From: an uncultured Gammaproteobacteria bacterium
GTDB lineage: Bacteria; Patescibacteriota; Microgenomatia; Levybacterales; UBA12049
Direction of reading: 5' to 3'
Length of the DNA stretch: 64,000 nucleotides
Assembly: GCA_964521295.1 (NCBI GenBank)
Contig: CAZFRF010000001.1
Coordinates: forward strand, 398,146 to 462,145
Made by a program: the position numbers and the translations under genes. The notes under the pieces were generated by a model. It had not been told where the DNA came from. It worked only from the letters and a program-made list of their open reading frames with translations, and ran no database searches. How positions within the stretch are numbered: the first letter of the stretch is position 1; each line of letters opens with the position of its first letter. Below are positions 22,861 to 31,435 of this stretch, piece after piece.

Positions 22861-24036
22861 CTACTTGATCAATCGTGTCTTTACAAAATATAAGAATGTT
22901 ATCGCTACTATTGCTACTAATCCATATAATTCAATTTTACTAATCAATTCTGGATAACCAATTGAATAATCAGTAAGTAACACATAAGATACATAAATAA
23001 TTGAACAAAATATCGAAGAGACAATTACTGGTATAAATACATAATATTTTCTAGAAACAAACGCAGCTAAGGAAAATGGAAACATTAAATACCATGGCTG
23101 AAATGTTGTCCTGTAACTTGCAAAAATTATTGCTAATAAACTAACTATTGTAGAAATTAAAAATACATATTCATAATTTATATTTTTCTTAAGTCTTTCA
23201 AATATAATAACTCCTATAAAAATAGGAACTAAAATTACAGACGCATATTTAATACCAATTGAAAAAATTAATGACAAAAATGAACCAAACTTTTTTTTCT
23301 TAAGAAAAAGATAAAAACCCAAGAGTGCAAAAAATATTAAAGGGAAGTCATTATGAACCGAAACTAAACCTTCAAACATTACTAAAGGGTTTAAAGCAAA
23401 AAACAATGTATTAAAAATTTTTTCTTTTGGAAAAATGATCTCAGAAATTTTATATATTAAATAACAACTTCCTAAAAATGTTAAAACAATTAATCCTTTA
23501 AACAAAAAGAAATTAACAAGGAATATATTAAAAGCCATATAAGAAAGCGGTAGGGTCAAGACTAGCCAACTTGGCCCATAGGGATAAAACCTATGAGTCC
23601 ATCTCATAAAATTAAGCATTGGATCTCCTGCAAAATCTATTGGCGCATGGAAATAGGGATTTTGCTGATAAAAAGTAACTATTTTTGCATCAAAAATATA
23701 ATTAAATAAATCGTAAGAAAAAGCATTATAAGATAATCCTAAAATTATAACTACCAACGGAATTAATAATTTTAAATGGAATGATTTAATAATTCCTTTT
23801 TTCGAAAGAAACAAAAATAATAAATAATAAATAAATAAAAGCGTAGCAATAATCCCAAAAATAGTCGCTGAAAGAGGTCTTTGGAAAAAGCCAATATGCT
23901 GCATGAATTTTTGTACTGTCTGAAAAATAGAACTTTGAGAAAAAGTTAGGCTTAAATCAACCTGAGTAAAAGTATAGAGAAACAAAGCAATAATTACTGC
24001 TATGTAGCTTAAAATAAGCAGTTTAATTTTTGTCAT
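22861..24036 (-). CDS. polytopic membrane protein, possibly GT-C/DUF2029-like glycosyltransferase
   Basis: 391 aa with about 10 TM helices, located in the glycosylation operon. Confidence 0.35.
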   Translation of the reverse strand: MTKIKLLILSYIAVIIALFLYTFTQVDLSLTFSQSSIFQTVQKFMQHIGFFQRPLSATIFGIIATLLFIYYLLFLFLSKKGIIKSFHLKLLIPLVVIILGLSYNAFSYDLFNYIFDAKIVTFYQQNPYFHAPIDFAGDPMLNFMRWTHRFYPYGPSWLVLTLPLSYMAFNIFLVNFFLFKGLIVLTFLGSCYLIYKISEIIFPKEKIFNTLFFALNPLVMFEGLVSVHNDFPLIFFALLGFYLFLKKKKFGSFLSLIFSIGIKYASVILVPIFIGVIIFERLKKNINYEYVFLISTIVSLLAIIFASYRTTFQPWYLMFPFSLAAFVSRKYYVFIPVIVSSIFCSIIYVSYVLLTDYSIGYPELISKIELYGLVAIVAITFLYFVKTRLIK

Positions 24037-24791
24037 AAATTCTTGTATTTTCCAGAGAGCTCGCTTACGCGAATTCTTATTAAATCTTCTAATGCTTCGA
24101 CCGAATCTTTTACAGGGCTCACTCTTCTAGTTTCAACGTATAACCAATTAACACCAACTTCTTTAATCTTATACCCTCTCTTAGCAGCTAAAAACAAAAG
24201 CTCAACATCAAAACCTGCTTTTACAGAAGAACCGGAAATTTGTTTATATCCATTATGGAATTTTTCTAGTTTTGAAAAAAGATCATAAGCTACTGCCTTT
24301 TTAAATAGCTTAAAACCACATTGAGTATCATTTAGCCCTGCAAGACCAACAATCACAGATCTTAACATTATCATTCCTTTTGCCATCAATGTCCTTGTCC
24401 AGGGTGCGCCTTTTCGAGTAGAACTCCTACTACCAATAACAATATCGTAACTTTTTGTAAATTCTAATAATTTCTCTACTTCCTCAATTGGAGTTGCCTG
24501 ATCCATATCCGTGAATAACACCCATTGCCCTTTTGATTCCAAAACTCCTTTCGTTACCGCCCCTGCTTTACCACTATGTGTTCCTCTAATTAATTTAAAA
24601 TTCTTATCTTCCTTAACGAACTTCTCAACAAATTCAAAGCTTCCATCATTAGATCCATCATCAACTACGATTACTTCATATGCATATTTTTGTTTGGATA
24701 AATAATGAGCAACTTTGTCTAAAACACCTTTTTGCAGGTTGCTCATCTCATTATAAGAGGGAATTACTACAGACAATAAAATTGTATCCAC
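24033..24791 (-). CDS. GT2, Dpm1/GtrB-like polyprenyl-phosphate glycosyltransferase
   Basis: LSVVIPSYNEMSNL...VIVVDDGSNDGS...FTDMDQATP motifs. Confidence 0.75.
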   Translation of the reverse strand: MDTILLSVVIPSYNEMSNLQKGVLDKVAHYLSKQKYAYEVIVVDDGSNDGSFEFVEKFVKEDKNFKLIRGTHSGKAGAVTKGVLESKGQWVLFTDMDQATPIEEVEKLLEFTKSYDIVIGSRSSTRKGAPWTRTLMAKGMIMLRSVIVGLAGLNDTQCGFKLFKKAVAYDLFSKLEKFHNGYKQISGSSVKAGFDVELLFLAAKRGYKIKEVGVNWLYVETRRVSPVKDSVEALEDLIRIRVSELSGKYKNL

Positions 24792-24831
24792 GAATAGATT
24801 ATAGCTGAAAAATGAAGGGTAAACAAATAAT

Positions 24832-24860
24832 TTGTCTATAACTTCATTTTAAGGTAAAAT
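24832..24860 (+). promoter_or_regulatory. sigma70-like promoter for the tRNA-Glu gene
   Basis: TTGTCT (24832-37), 17-nt spacer, TAAAAT (24855-60), placed about 9 nt upstream of the mature tRNA 5' end. Confidence 0.45.
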
Positions 24861-24869
24861 ATACACCAT

Positions 24870-24946
24870 GCCGCCATCGTCTAGTGGCCTAGGACGTCGG
24901 ATTCTCATTCCGAAAATCAGGGGTTCAACTCCCCTTGGCGGTACCA
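24870..24946 (+). tRNA. tRNA-Glu (anticodon CUC), CCA encoded
   Basis: Hand-folded cloverleaf: acceptor GCCGCCA/TGGCGGT (one G-U pair), D-arm GTCT..GGAC, anticodon stem TCGGA/TCCGA with loop TTCTCAT (anticodon CTC), T-arm AGGGG-TTCAACT-CCCCT, discriminator A, then CCA. Confidence 0.8.
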
Positions 24947-26463
24947 AACGAGATAGGGTGCTTGTCCATATATCGAATAGATTGATATATCGGGCTAATT
25001 CTATGGTTCAATGTTCCATTATAGTCCCAAGCTATTTCAAAGAGGAAGATTGAACCAAGAAGCACCCTGATCTGACTAATATTAGATCTTTTATAAGTTT
25101 CTCCTAAATCAGCTAGCAATGTTTTCATAAAAGTTGTTAATGCCTCTATATTATATTTATCCAATACCGAATCTTCTTTAACTATCTGCGCTCTCATTAT
25201 CTTATCTTCTATTATTGAATTTTGTTCTTTGAATATTTCATCAGAATAAATTCCTGATAGATTTTTTTCAATAAGTAATTCTCTAGTTGATTTCAATCTG
25301 ACAATTTCATCATCAGCACTTTCTTTAATTTTTTTCAGCCTAGAAAATCTCTCATTATAAGTTTTATACAAAAATTCCATAAATAGATCTAAACACTCTT
25401 TTGTTGGCGTTATCTCTTTTAATAATAGTATTAGTGCTTTTTCCAAATCTTTTACTTTTATTGAGGAATTAGGACAATTATTACTGCAACGATAGTACGC
25501 ATACATTGCACTTCTTCCCTTGCTCCAAGCTGCTGTTAATCCAGCGCTACATCTACCGCATTTTATTATTCGTCTTAGTGGAAACTCTGGATTTTCAAAG
25601 TTTCTCCTGGAAAGCGCAATTTTGTTAGGATTTCTACCATCTAGAATAGCCTGAACTTTATAAAACTTTTGCTCAGTAATCATCGGCACATGTTGGCCCC
25701 TTATCTCCTCCGGATATTTCTCAGAAGTCAAAACACCCATGTAAAATTTCAATCTAAAAATTCTATTAACAGTTTGTGGCCTTAGCTTATATTCTCTATT
25801 TTTTATTTTCGTCCTAATACCCCAGCTATTCATAATCTCTGCCATTTCAGATAAGCTTTTTGTTCCTGTCGCCATTAGATTCCAAGCATTGTTAATCAAA
25901 TCAAAAGTTTTTGGATCTTTTACGGCATATCCTGATTGAAATACATATCCAATTGGCGGTTTTGAGCTTATTAAGCCTGTCTTAAATCTTGCACGCATTC
26001 CATGCTTCGTTCTTTCACTTCTTATATCATTGTCCAACTGTGCAAATCCAGCAAGAATAGTTTCAACTAGCTTTTCAGTAGGACTATTACCTGTTGGTTC
26101 AGTGGCAGAAAGAATTACCACTCCGTTTTCAGCAAGTTTCTTTCTAATTGCTAAATAATCTCCAGTCTGCCGAGAAATTCTATCTAACCTATAAACAAAT
26201 AGTGCCTGAATTCTGTTTTTGTTTTTTCGAGAATATTCTAACAATTCAATAAGAGCAGGTCTTCCTGAAATATTCTTGGCTGATCTTCCTTCATCTTTAA
26301 ATATGTTAATGATTTCATATCCCCTTTTGACTGCCTCTTTTCGACAAATATCTTCCTGCGTCCTTAGGGAAAAGTTCTCAACCTGCTCCTCAGATGACAC
26401 ACGCAAGTATATAATTGCTTTTTTACCTGCTTCATAAACAATGGGATAACCGCTTGGCTTCAT
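24925..26463 (-). CDS. large serine recombinase (integrase)
   Basis: N-terminal resolvase domain AIIYLRVSSEEQ with the catalytic Ser, a central recombinase domain, a Cys-rich zinc ribbon (CGRCSAGL...YYRCSNNC) and a coiled coil. The 3' end overlaps the tRNA by 22 nt. Confidence 0.85.
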   Translation of the reverse strand: MKPSGYPIVYEAGKKAIIYLRVSSEEQVENFSLRTQEDICRKEAVKRGYEIINIFKDEGRSAKNISGRPALIELLEYSRKNKNRIQALFVYRLDRISRQTGDYLAIRKKLAENGVVILSATEPTGNSPTEKLVETILAGFAQLDNDIRSERTKHGMRARFKTGLISSKPPIGYVFQSGYAVKDPKTFDLINNAWNLMATGTKSLSEMAEIMNSWGIRTKIKNREYKLRPQTVNRIFRLKFYMGVLTSEKYPEEIRGQHVPMITEQKFYKVQAILDGRNPNKIALSRRNFENPEFPLRRIIKCGRCSAGLTAAWSKGRSAMYAYYRCSNNCPNSSIKVKDLEKALILLLKEITPTKECLDLFMEFLYKTYNERFSRLKKIKESADDEIVRLKSTRELLIEKNLSGIYSDEIFKEQNSIIEDKIMRAQIVKEDSVLDKYNIEALTTFMKTLLADLGETYKRSNISQIRVLLGSIFLFEIAWDYNGTLNHRISPIYQSIRYMDKHPISFGTAKGS

Positions 26464-26807
26464 TTCCCACCTCTTTCATGTAAAAATTCATTTAATGTTC
26501 TATTTCCCAGAATACTTCGCTCATAATCATCAAGCCAGCTTGCAATCAAATATTGAATTTCAGCAACAACCTCTTCTAATTGTTCTTTAGAGAATTCATT
26601 AGCTACTTTACCTAATATTTCCCTTGCTCTCTGGATCGATTTATCTTCATATTGCTGCTCAGGAAATAAAATATCCAAAGACTCTTTAATTGATCTTGAA
26701 GAATGTTTTATTCCTGGACGTGTAGGGCCTTCGCTATTTAAAACATTTATTAACGGTGTAGTAATTTTATCTTTACTTATTATTAACTGTTGTTCTGAAA
26801 CTTGCAT
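26460..26807 (-). CDS. small acidic hypothetical protein translationally coupled to the integrase (candidate regulator or recombination directionality factor)
   Basis: 115 aa. Its stop overlaps the integrase ATG (ATGA). No motif recognised. Confidence 0.4.
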   Translation of the reverse strand: MQVSEQQLIISKDKITTPLINVLNSEGPTRPGIKHSSRSIKESLDILFPEQQYEDKSIQRAREILGKVANEFSKEQLEEVVAEIQYLIASWLDDYERSILGNRTLNEFLHERGGK

Positions 26808-26820
26808 ATTTGAGCCTAAT

Positions 26821-26840
26821 ACTATCGATATATCGATAGT
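26821..26840. promoter_or_regulatory. perfect 20-bp palindrome ACTATCGATATATCGATAGT; candidate operator of the integrase operon
   Basis: It lies 14 bp upstream of the 26807 start. It overlaps a minus-strand promoter guess, -10 TATACT (26838-43) and -35 TTGACA (26862-67). Confidence 0.45.
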
Positions 26841-26907
26841 ATATATCTATATTTAGATAGTTGTCAAGGAGTATTTGTGCCTAAATTAACAATCTGTTTT
26901 ATAGATT

Positions 26908-26933
26908 TTCTTGTGTTATACTACGCACAAGAA
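26908..26933 (+). promoter_or_regulatory. inverted repeat TTCTTGTG-N10-CACAAGAA enclosing an extended -10 (TGtTATACT); candidate promoter and operator for the T4CP gene
   Basis: Seen directly in the sequence. It is divergent from the integrase operon. Confidence 0.35.
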
Positions 26934-26965
26934 ATCTACTATTACTGTCTACCTGCTCGAAGGAT

Positions 26966-29506
26966 ATGAATAACATTCAGCAGTTTGAAGCAAGTAACAT
27001 ACTTCATTTACTGTCCGCCAATCTATTAGGGAATCCTATTGCCAAAATCAGCTTTCCCCTCGTTCTATATGTCATAGTATTCTTAATAATTTGCTTGGCT
27101 ATATACGTTTTAAGAAAACTTATTGTTCTAAAAATGTTTTTAGACGAAAAACAAATAATATTAGAAATTACTCCTCCACAATTTATCGAAAAAGAAGCAT
27201 ATACAACAGAGCAACTCTTCTCTCTTATCCACGCTTTAGGAAAACAAAAAACATTTATGGATACGCTACTTGGAAGAAAAGTTCAGTTTTCTTTAGAAAT
27301 TGTTTCAACGAAAAATGAAGGCATTAGATATTTGATTAGGACAACACCCGAAAAAGCAAATACTTTAAGAAAGACATTAATTTCCTATCTTCCCCAGATA
27401 ATTATTAAAACAGTTGATGATTATCTTCCTAAAAATGATGAATTGAATACTAGTGAATATAAAATTGTTGAATATAAATTAACAAATCATTTTGCATATC
27501 CACTTAAGAAACAAAACTTACTAGATAAGCACGATCCCATTTCGTACATAACAGGAATGATGACAAAGCTAAATTCTAAAGAGCTTGTATCTCTTCAGAT
27601 AATACTTACTCCCGTAGCGTTAAAAGAAACAAAGAAAATTGCAAAATATATACTTAAAAATGCAGATACTCTTCATTACCTTAATTCAACAAAACTTCTA
27701 AGGCTTTTATCAATAGCTCCGAGTAAAACAATTGAGAGACAATCGTCATCTGAGAAAAAGATAATCGAATCAGTTGAAGAAAAAATAAAGCAACCACTTT
27801 TTAATACCTCTTTAAGGGTCTTCTTAATTTCAGATAGTAATAAGAATATTTCTGAAAGACTAAGTGGTATAAACTCTTCTTTTACTAGTTTTTCTGCTTC
27901 TAATTATCAATCAATAGCTTCCCGAAAATACTTAAACATTAAATTTATGAAAAATGTATTGTTATTTTCATTCAAAAAAAGACTTTCCCTACTAAACAAG
28001 TCTTTTCTTTCAATATCAGAAATTTCCTCAATATATCATTTTCCATTTGCGAACATAGTTAGCGCTGAAGATTTAGTTAAAACGCACAGCAAAACTTTAC
28101 CTGCTCCACTAAGCTTAAAACAATTAAATAAATATGAGGTTGTCTTTGGAAGTAACCATTATGGAGGCTCTATAACTGAAATTGGCTTAACTGAAGAGGA
28201 AAGGGCAACACATATGTATATTATTGGCCGAACCGGGTCAGGTAAAACCACGATGATGTTTTCAATGGCAAAACAGGACATTGAACAAGGCAGAGGTATG
28301 GCTTTTCTAGATCCCCATGGGGATGTTTCCGATGATCTTCTATCCATTATTCCGAAAGGGCGGCTGAATGATCTTGTTTATATAAATCCAATCGATTTAA
28401 AGTATCCAATCGGAATAAATATTCTAGAGCTAACCAAAGGACTTGACGCCGACGAAGCAGAGCTTGAAAAAGAAGTCGTTTGCGAAGGCGTTATTTCTTT
28501 ATTTCGAAAAGTATTCTCAAAAGAAGAGAATGTAAACGCTCATAGAATTGAATATATTCTCCGAAATGCTATTTATACAGCCTTTACAGTTGAGAATAGG
28601 ACTATCTTTACTGTATATGATCTTTTGAATAATCCTCCGTTCCAAAAACAGGTTATTTCAAAGCTAAAAGATGAGAACTTAAAAAACTTTTGGAAATTTG
28701 AATTTGGCAGAGCTGGAGATTATCAAGTGGTTAAAATGGTCGGTGGAGTTACAGCGAAGATTGGAAGATTTCTTTTTTCACCAACTGCTAAAAGAATTTT
28801 AGAACAGCCAATTTCAACAATTAATTTTGACCAGTTGCTAGATGAGAAAAAAATAATTATTTGTAATTTATCTCAAGGAAAACTTGGTGAGGATACCTCA
28901 AAACTTTTAGGAACAACTATAATGACCAAGATTCAACAGGCTGCTCTTAAGAGAGCCAATATTCCAGAAAACGAAAGAGTTCCGTTTTACCTATATGTTG
29001 ATGAGTTTCAAAACTTTGCAACCCACTCTTTTACTAAAATGTTATCAGAAGGCAGAAAATACAAACTGCGCGTAATACTTGCAGAGCAATCAACTTCTCA
29101 GCAGGATGATCGAAATATTGTGAATGTAATTCTTGCAAATGTAACAACTGTTGTAGTTTTTAGAAGTGCAAATTACATTGATGAAGAGTTGATGTTAAAT
29201 CAATTTGCTCCTTACATCGACAGAGGTGAGATATCAAATCTTCCAAAGTATAATTTCTATATTAAAATTTCAGCTCTTGTTCCGGAGGAACCATTCTCGG
29301 GAGTTACGATCTATACGCCACTTAAAAAAGACTATAAATTGATTGAAGAATTAATTAATGCTTCCAGAAAAAATAATGCGATAGTCTATCAAAAAGTAAA
29401 ACAACAAACTGTTGAAATTTCAACTAAAGACACCGAAGAAAAGAGTATGAATAGCAGAAATATTATTAATACTAAAGGTGGATTTCCTGTTAGTAGAGTT
29501 GCTTAA
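26966..29506 (+). CDS. type IV coupling protein (VirD4/TraG/TrwB family ATPase)
   Basis: N-terminal TM. IIGRTGSGKTTMMFSMAKQDIEQGRGMAFLDPHGD matches the TrwB/VirD4 Walker A region with its following DPxGD motif. Walker B is YLYVDEFQNF. Confidence 0.65.
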   Translation: MNNIQQFEASNILHLLSANLLGNPIAKISFPLVLYVIVFLIICLAIYVLRKLIVLKMFLDEKQIILEITPPQFIEKEAYTTEQLFSLIHALGKQKTFMDTLLGRKVQFSLEIVSTKNEGIRYLIRTTPEKANTLRKTLISYLPQIIIKTVDDYLPKNDELNTSEYKIVEYKLTNHFAYPLKKQNLLDKHDPISYITGMMTKLNSKELVSLQIILTPVALKETKKIAKYILKNADTLHYLNSTKLLRLLSIAPSKTIERQSSSEKKIIESVEEKIKQPLFNTSLRVFLISDSNKNISERLSGINSSFTSFSASNYQSIASRKYLNIKFMKNVLLFSFKKRLSLLNKSFLSISEISSIYHFPFANIVSAEDLVKTHSKTLPAPLSLKQLNKYEVVFGSNHYGGSITEIGLTEEERATHMYIIGRTGSGKTTMMFSMAKQDIEQGRGMAFLDPHGDVSDDLLSIIPKGRLNDLVYINPIDLKYPIGINILELTKGLDADEAELEKEVVCEGVISLFRKVFSKEENVNAHRIEYILRNAIYTAFTVENRTIFTVYDLLNNPPFQKQVISKLKDENLKNFWKFEFGRAGDYQVVKMVGGVTAKIGRFLFSPTAKRILEQPISTINFDQLLDEKKIIICNLSQGKLGEDTSKLLGTTIMTKIQQAALKRANIPENERVPFYLYVDEFQNFATHSFTKMLSEGRKYKLRVILAEQSTSQQDDRNIVNVILANVTTVVVFRSANYIDEELMLNQFAPYIDRGEISNLPKYNFYIKISALVPEEPFSGVTIYTPLKKDYKLIEELINASRKNNAIVYQKVKQQTVEISTKDTEEKSMNSRNIINTKGGFPVSRVA

Positions 29507-29510
29507 AAAA

Positions 29511-29530
29511 TGTACCTACGTGTAGGTACA
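29511..29530. promoter_or_regulatory. perfect 9-bp-arm inverted repeat TGTACCTAC-GT-GTAGGTACA flanked by A/T runs; candidate oriT or bidirectional terminator
   Basis: Lies between the coupling protein gene and the replication-relaxation gene. Confidence 0.35.
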
Positions 29531-29686
29531 AAAAATTAACAAAATTGAAGCTAAAAATGTGAAAAGCGCAGACTCTTTATACTTATATAAATATAAGGGG
29601 ATGTAAATGAATCTAAAACAAAGATTAAAAACCTGATATCTGTGTAACTCTTCTGCTCTCTGCTCTAATTTACTAATTAATTTAAA

Positions 29687-30448
29687 ATGAAACTTCAACC
29701 AATTACTAAAACACAAAAACTCATACTTCTACTCCTCTATAAATTTCGCTTCTTAACTGTAGCCCAATTGCAACAATATCTTAACCATAAAGACCCACAT
29801 AGAATTAAAGCTTGGCTTAATGATTTAAAAGATAAAAAATATATATCTGCGGTTGTAGATACGAAAGACGTTACGGTTCCTTTTATCTATTGTCTCGCAA
29901 CTGGATCAAGACAAATTTTTAAAGAAAAAAATTATGATGAAGATTTCTTGAATAGAATATATAAAGAAAAAAGTTTATCAAAGGAATTTAAGAATCATTG
30001 CCTTTTTATTTTAGATATATATTTGTTCTTTCGCTCTCAACAAGAAAAAGATTCCATGCTTAATTTTTGTACAAGACAAGATTTAGCGGGTTTTGATTAT
30101 TTACCCGATGAAATTGATGCTTTTATAGAAGTTGGCATTAAAGACGAAATAAATAGATATTTCTTAGAACTATTTGACGAATATAGAAAAACAGCTGGAG
30201 AATCAAGATACGCTATTAGAAAATATATTTCGTATTCTGAAGAAGGTAATTGGCAAGGAAATACCGGGAATGCTCCATTTCCATCAATTCTTTTTGTTCT
30301 TCCAGATGAAAGACGAAAAAAACATATTAAATTTTATGGACATGCAAAACTGTCAAAAACTTTTGAAGACATTTCTTTATTCATAACTACAAAAAATAAT
30401 ATTCAATTTGCCAAGAAAAATATTAATATCTGGCAAAAGATAAGTTAA
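29687..30448 (+). CDS. replication-relaxation family protein (PF13814-like)
   Basis: N-terminus KTQKLILLLLYKFRFLTVAQLQQYL matches the characteristic winged-helix start of replication-relaxation proteins of conjugative elements. Confidence 0.5.
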   Translation: MKLQPITKTQKLILLLLYKFRFLTVAQLQQYLNHKDPHRIKAWLNDLKDKKYISAVVDTKDVTVPFIYCLATGSRQIFKEKNYDEDFLNRIYKEKSLSKEFKNHCLFILDIYLFFRSQQEKDSMLNFCTRQDLAGFDYLPDEIDAFIEVGIKDEINRYFLELFDEYRKTAGESRYAIRKYISYSEEGNWQGNTGNAPFPSILFVLPDERRKKHIKFYGHAKLSKTFEDISLFITTKNNIQFAKKNINIWQKIS

Positions 30449-30493
30449 ATAGAAAAATAAAAGTATAAACATTAGGCTGTTATCAAATAAAAC

Positions 30494-31381
30494 TTACCCA
30501 GCCTTATCTCCTGGAGGACAATCCACAAGCTCTGTTTCTATAGTTGCGTGCTCAATCTGAAAATCATTTCTAAGTTTTTCTTTAATTACCTTTACTACCT
30601 CTATGCTTTCTTCCAATGTGCATTTTTCAATGGTAATATGACAACTAAGCGCAGCGTCGTGAGAAGAAATTGCCCAAGCATGTAAATCATCTGCATTCTT
30701 TACATTGGGAGTATCAAGTATTGAATGCTTTACCTTTTCTATATCTAATCCTTCAGGAGTACCCTCTAGCAGCACATGAACAGAAGCTCTTACAACACTC
30801 CAGCTTCCTCTAATGAGAAATATTCCAATAACGACACTAATCATTGAGTCAAAGATTGACATTCCGGTAATCATAATCAAAACACCCGCTACAAGTGCTC
30901 CAAAAGAAGCCAGGGCGTCAAAGATCATATTCATGTAGGCGCTTCTCATATTCAGATCTTTCTTTTCGCTTCTGAAAAGTAATGCAACACAAATATTTAC
31001 ACAAAGGCCTATAAACGCCACTATTGCCACAATTCCCCCCTCAACAGATTGCGGCGTTAAGAATCTTTGATAAGCTTCATAGAAAATATAAAGAGCGAGG
31101 AGGAATAATATCAAGCCGTTTATTAATGCTGCAAGAATTGTGGCTCTTCCGTATCCATAAGTATGTTCATCATTAGCTTTTCTCTTTGCAACCCTATTTG
31201 TTAAAAAAGAAATAAGTAAAGTTAAAGCATCAGTTAAATTATGTCCTGCATCTGAAATTAATGCGAGACTTCCAGACAGAATTCCTGCAATGAATTCAAT
31301 AATAGTGAATCCAACACTTAAGAATAGGCCTATTTTAAGTTTCTTATCAAGTCTTTCAGGGATATTATGATTTTCGCTCAT
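30494..31381 (-). CDS. cation diffusion facilitator (CDF) family metal efflux transporter
   Basis: Six TM helices, HNLTDAL, DALASFGAL and a His/Asp-rich cytoplasmic C-terminal domain. Confidence 0.75.
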   Translation of the reverse strand: MSENHNIPERLDKKLKIGLFLSVGFTIIEFIAGILSGSLALISDAGHNLTDALTLLISFLTNRVAKRKANDEHTYGYGRATILAALINGLILFLLALYIFYEAYQRFLTPQSVEGGIVAIVAFIGLCVNICVALLFRSEKKDLNMRSAYMNMIFDALASFGALVAGVLIMITGMSIFDSMISVVIGIFLIRGSWSVVRASVHVLLEGTPEGLDIEKVKHSILDTPNVKNADDLHAWAISSHDAALSCHITIEKCTLEESIEVVKVIKEKLRNDFQIEHATIETELVDCPPGDKAG

Positions 31382-31435
31382 GGCTTAATCTTAACATTTA
31401 GTTAAGTATAAAAATCACTTAGGCAAAATAAGGAA

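Noticed and set aside
24868-25053. 61-aa plus-strand ORF starting inside tRNA-Glu
   Set aside because: It overlaps the tRNA and the integrase 3' end. The translation is just the tRNA read as protein (MPPSSSGLGRR...).
29516-29716. 66-aa minus-strand ORF spanning the candidate oriT palindrome and the start of the replication-relaxation gene
   Set aside because: No RBS, odd composition, and it overlaps a well-supported plus-strand gene start. Most likely non-coding intergenic sequence.
30449-30493. AGGCTG ... CAGCCT 6-bp inverted repeat between convergent genes (replication-relaxation and CDF)
   Set aside because: Short arms with a 22-nt spacer and no T-run. Too weak to call a terminator.
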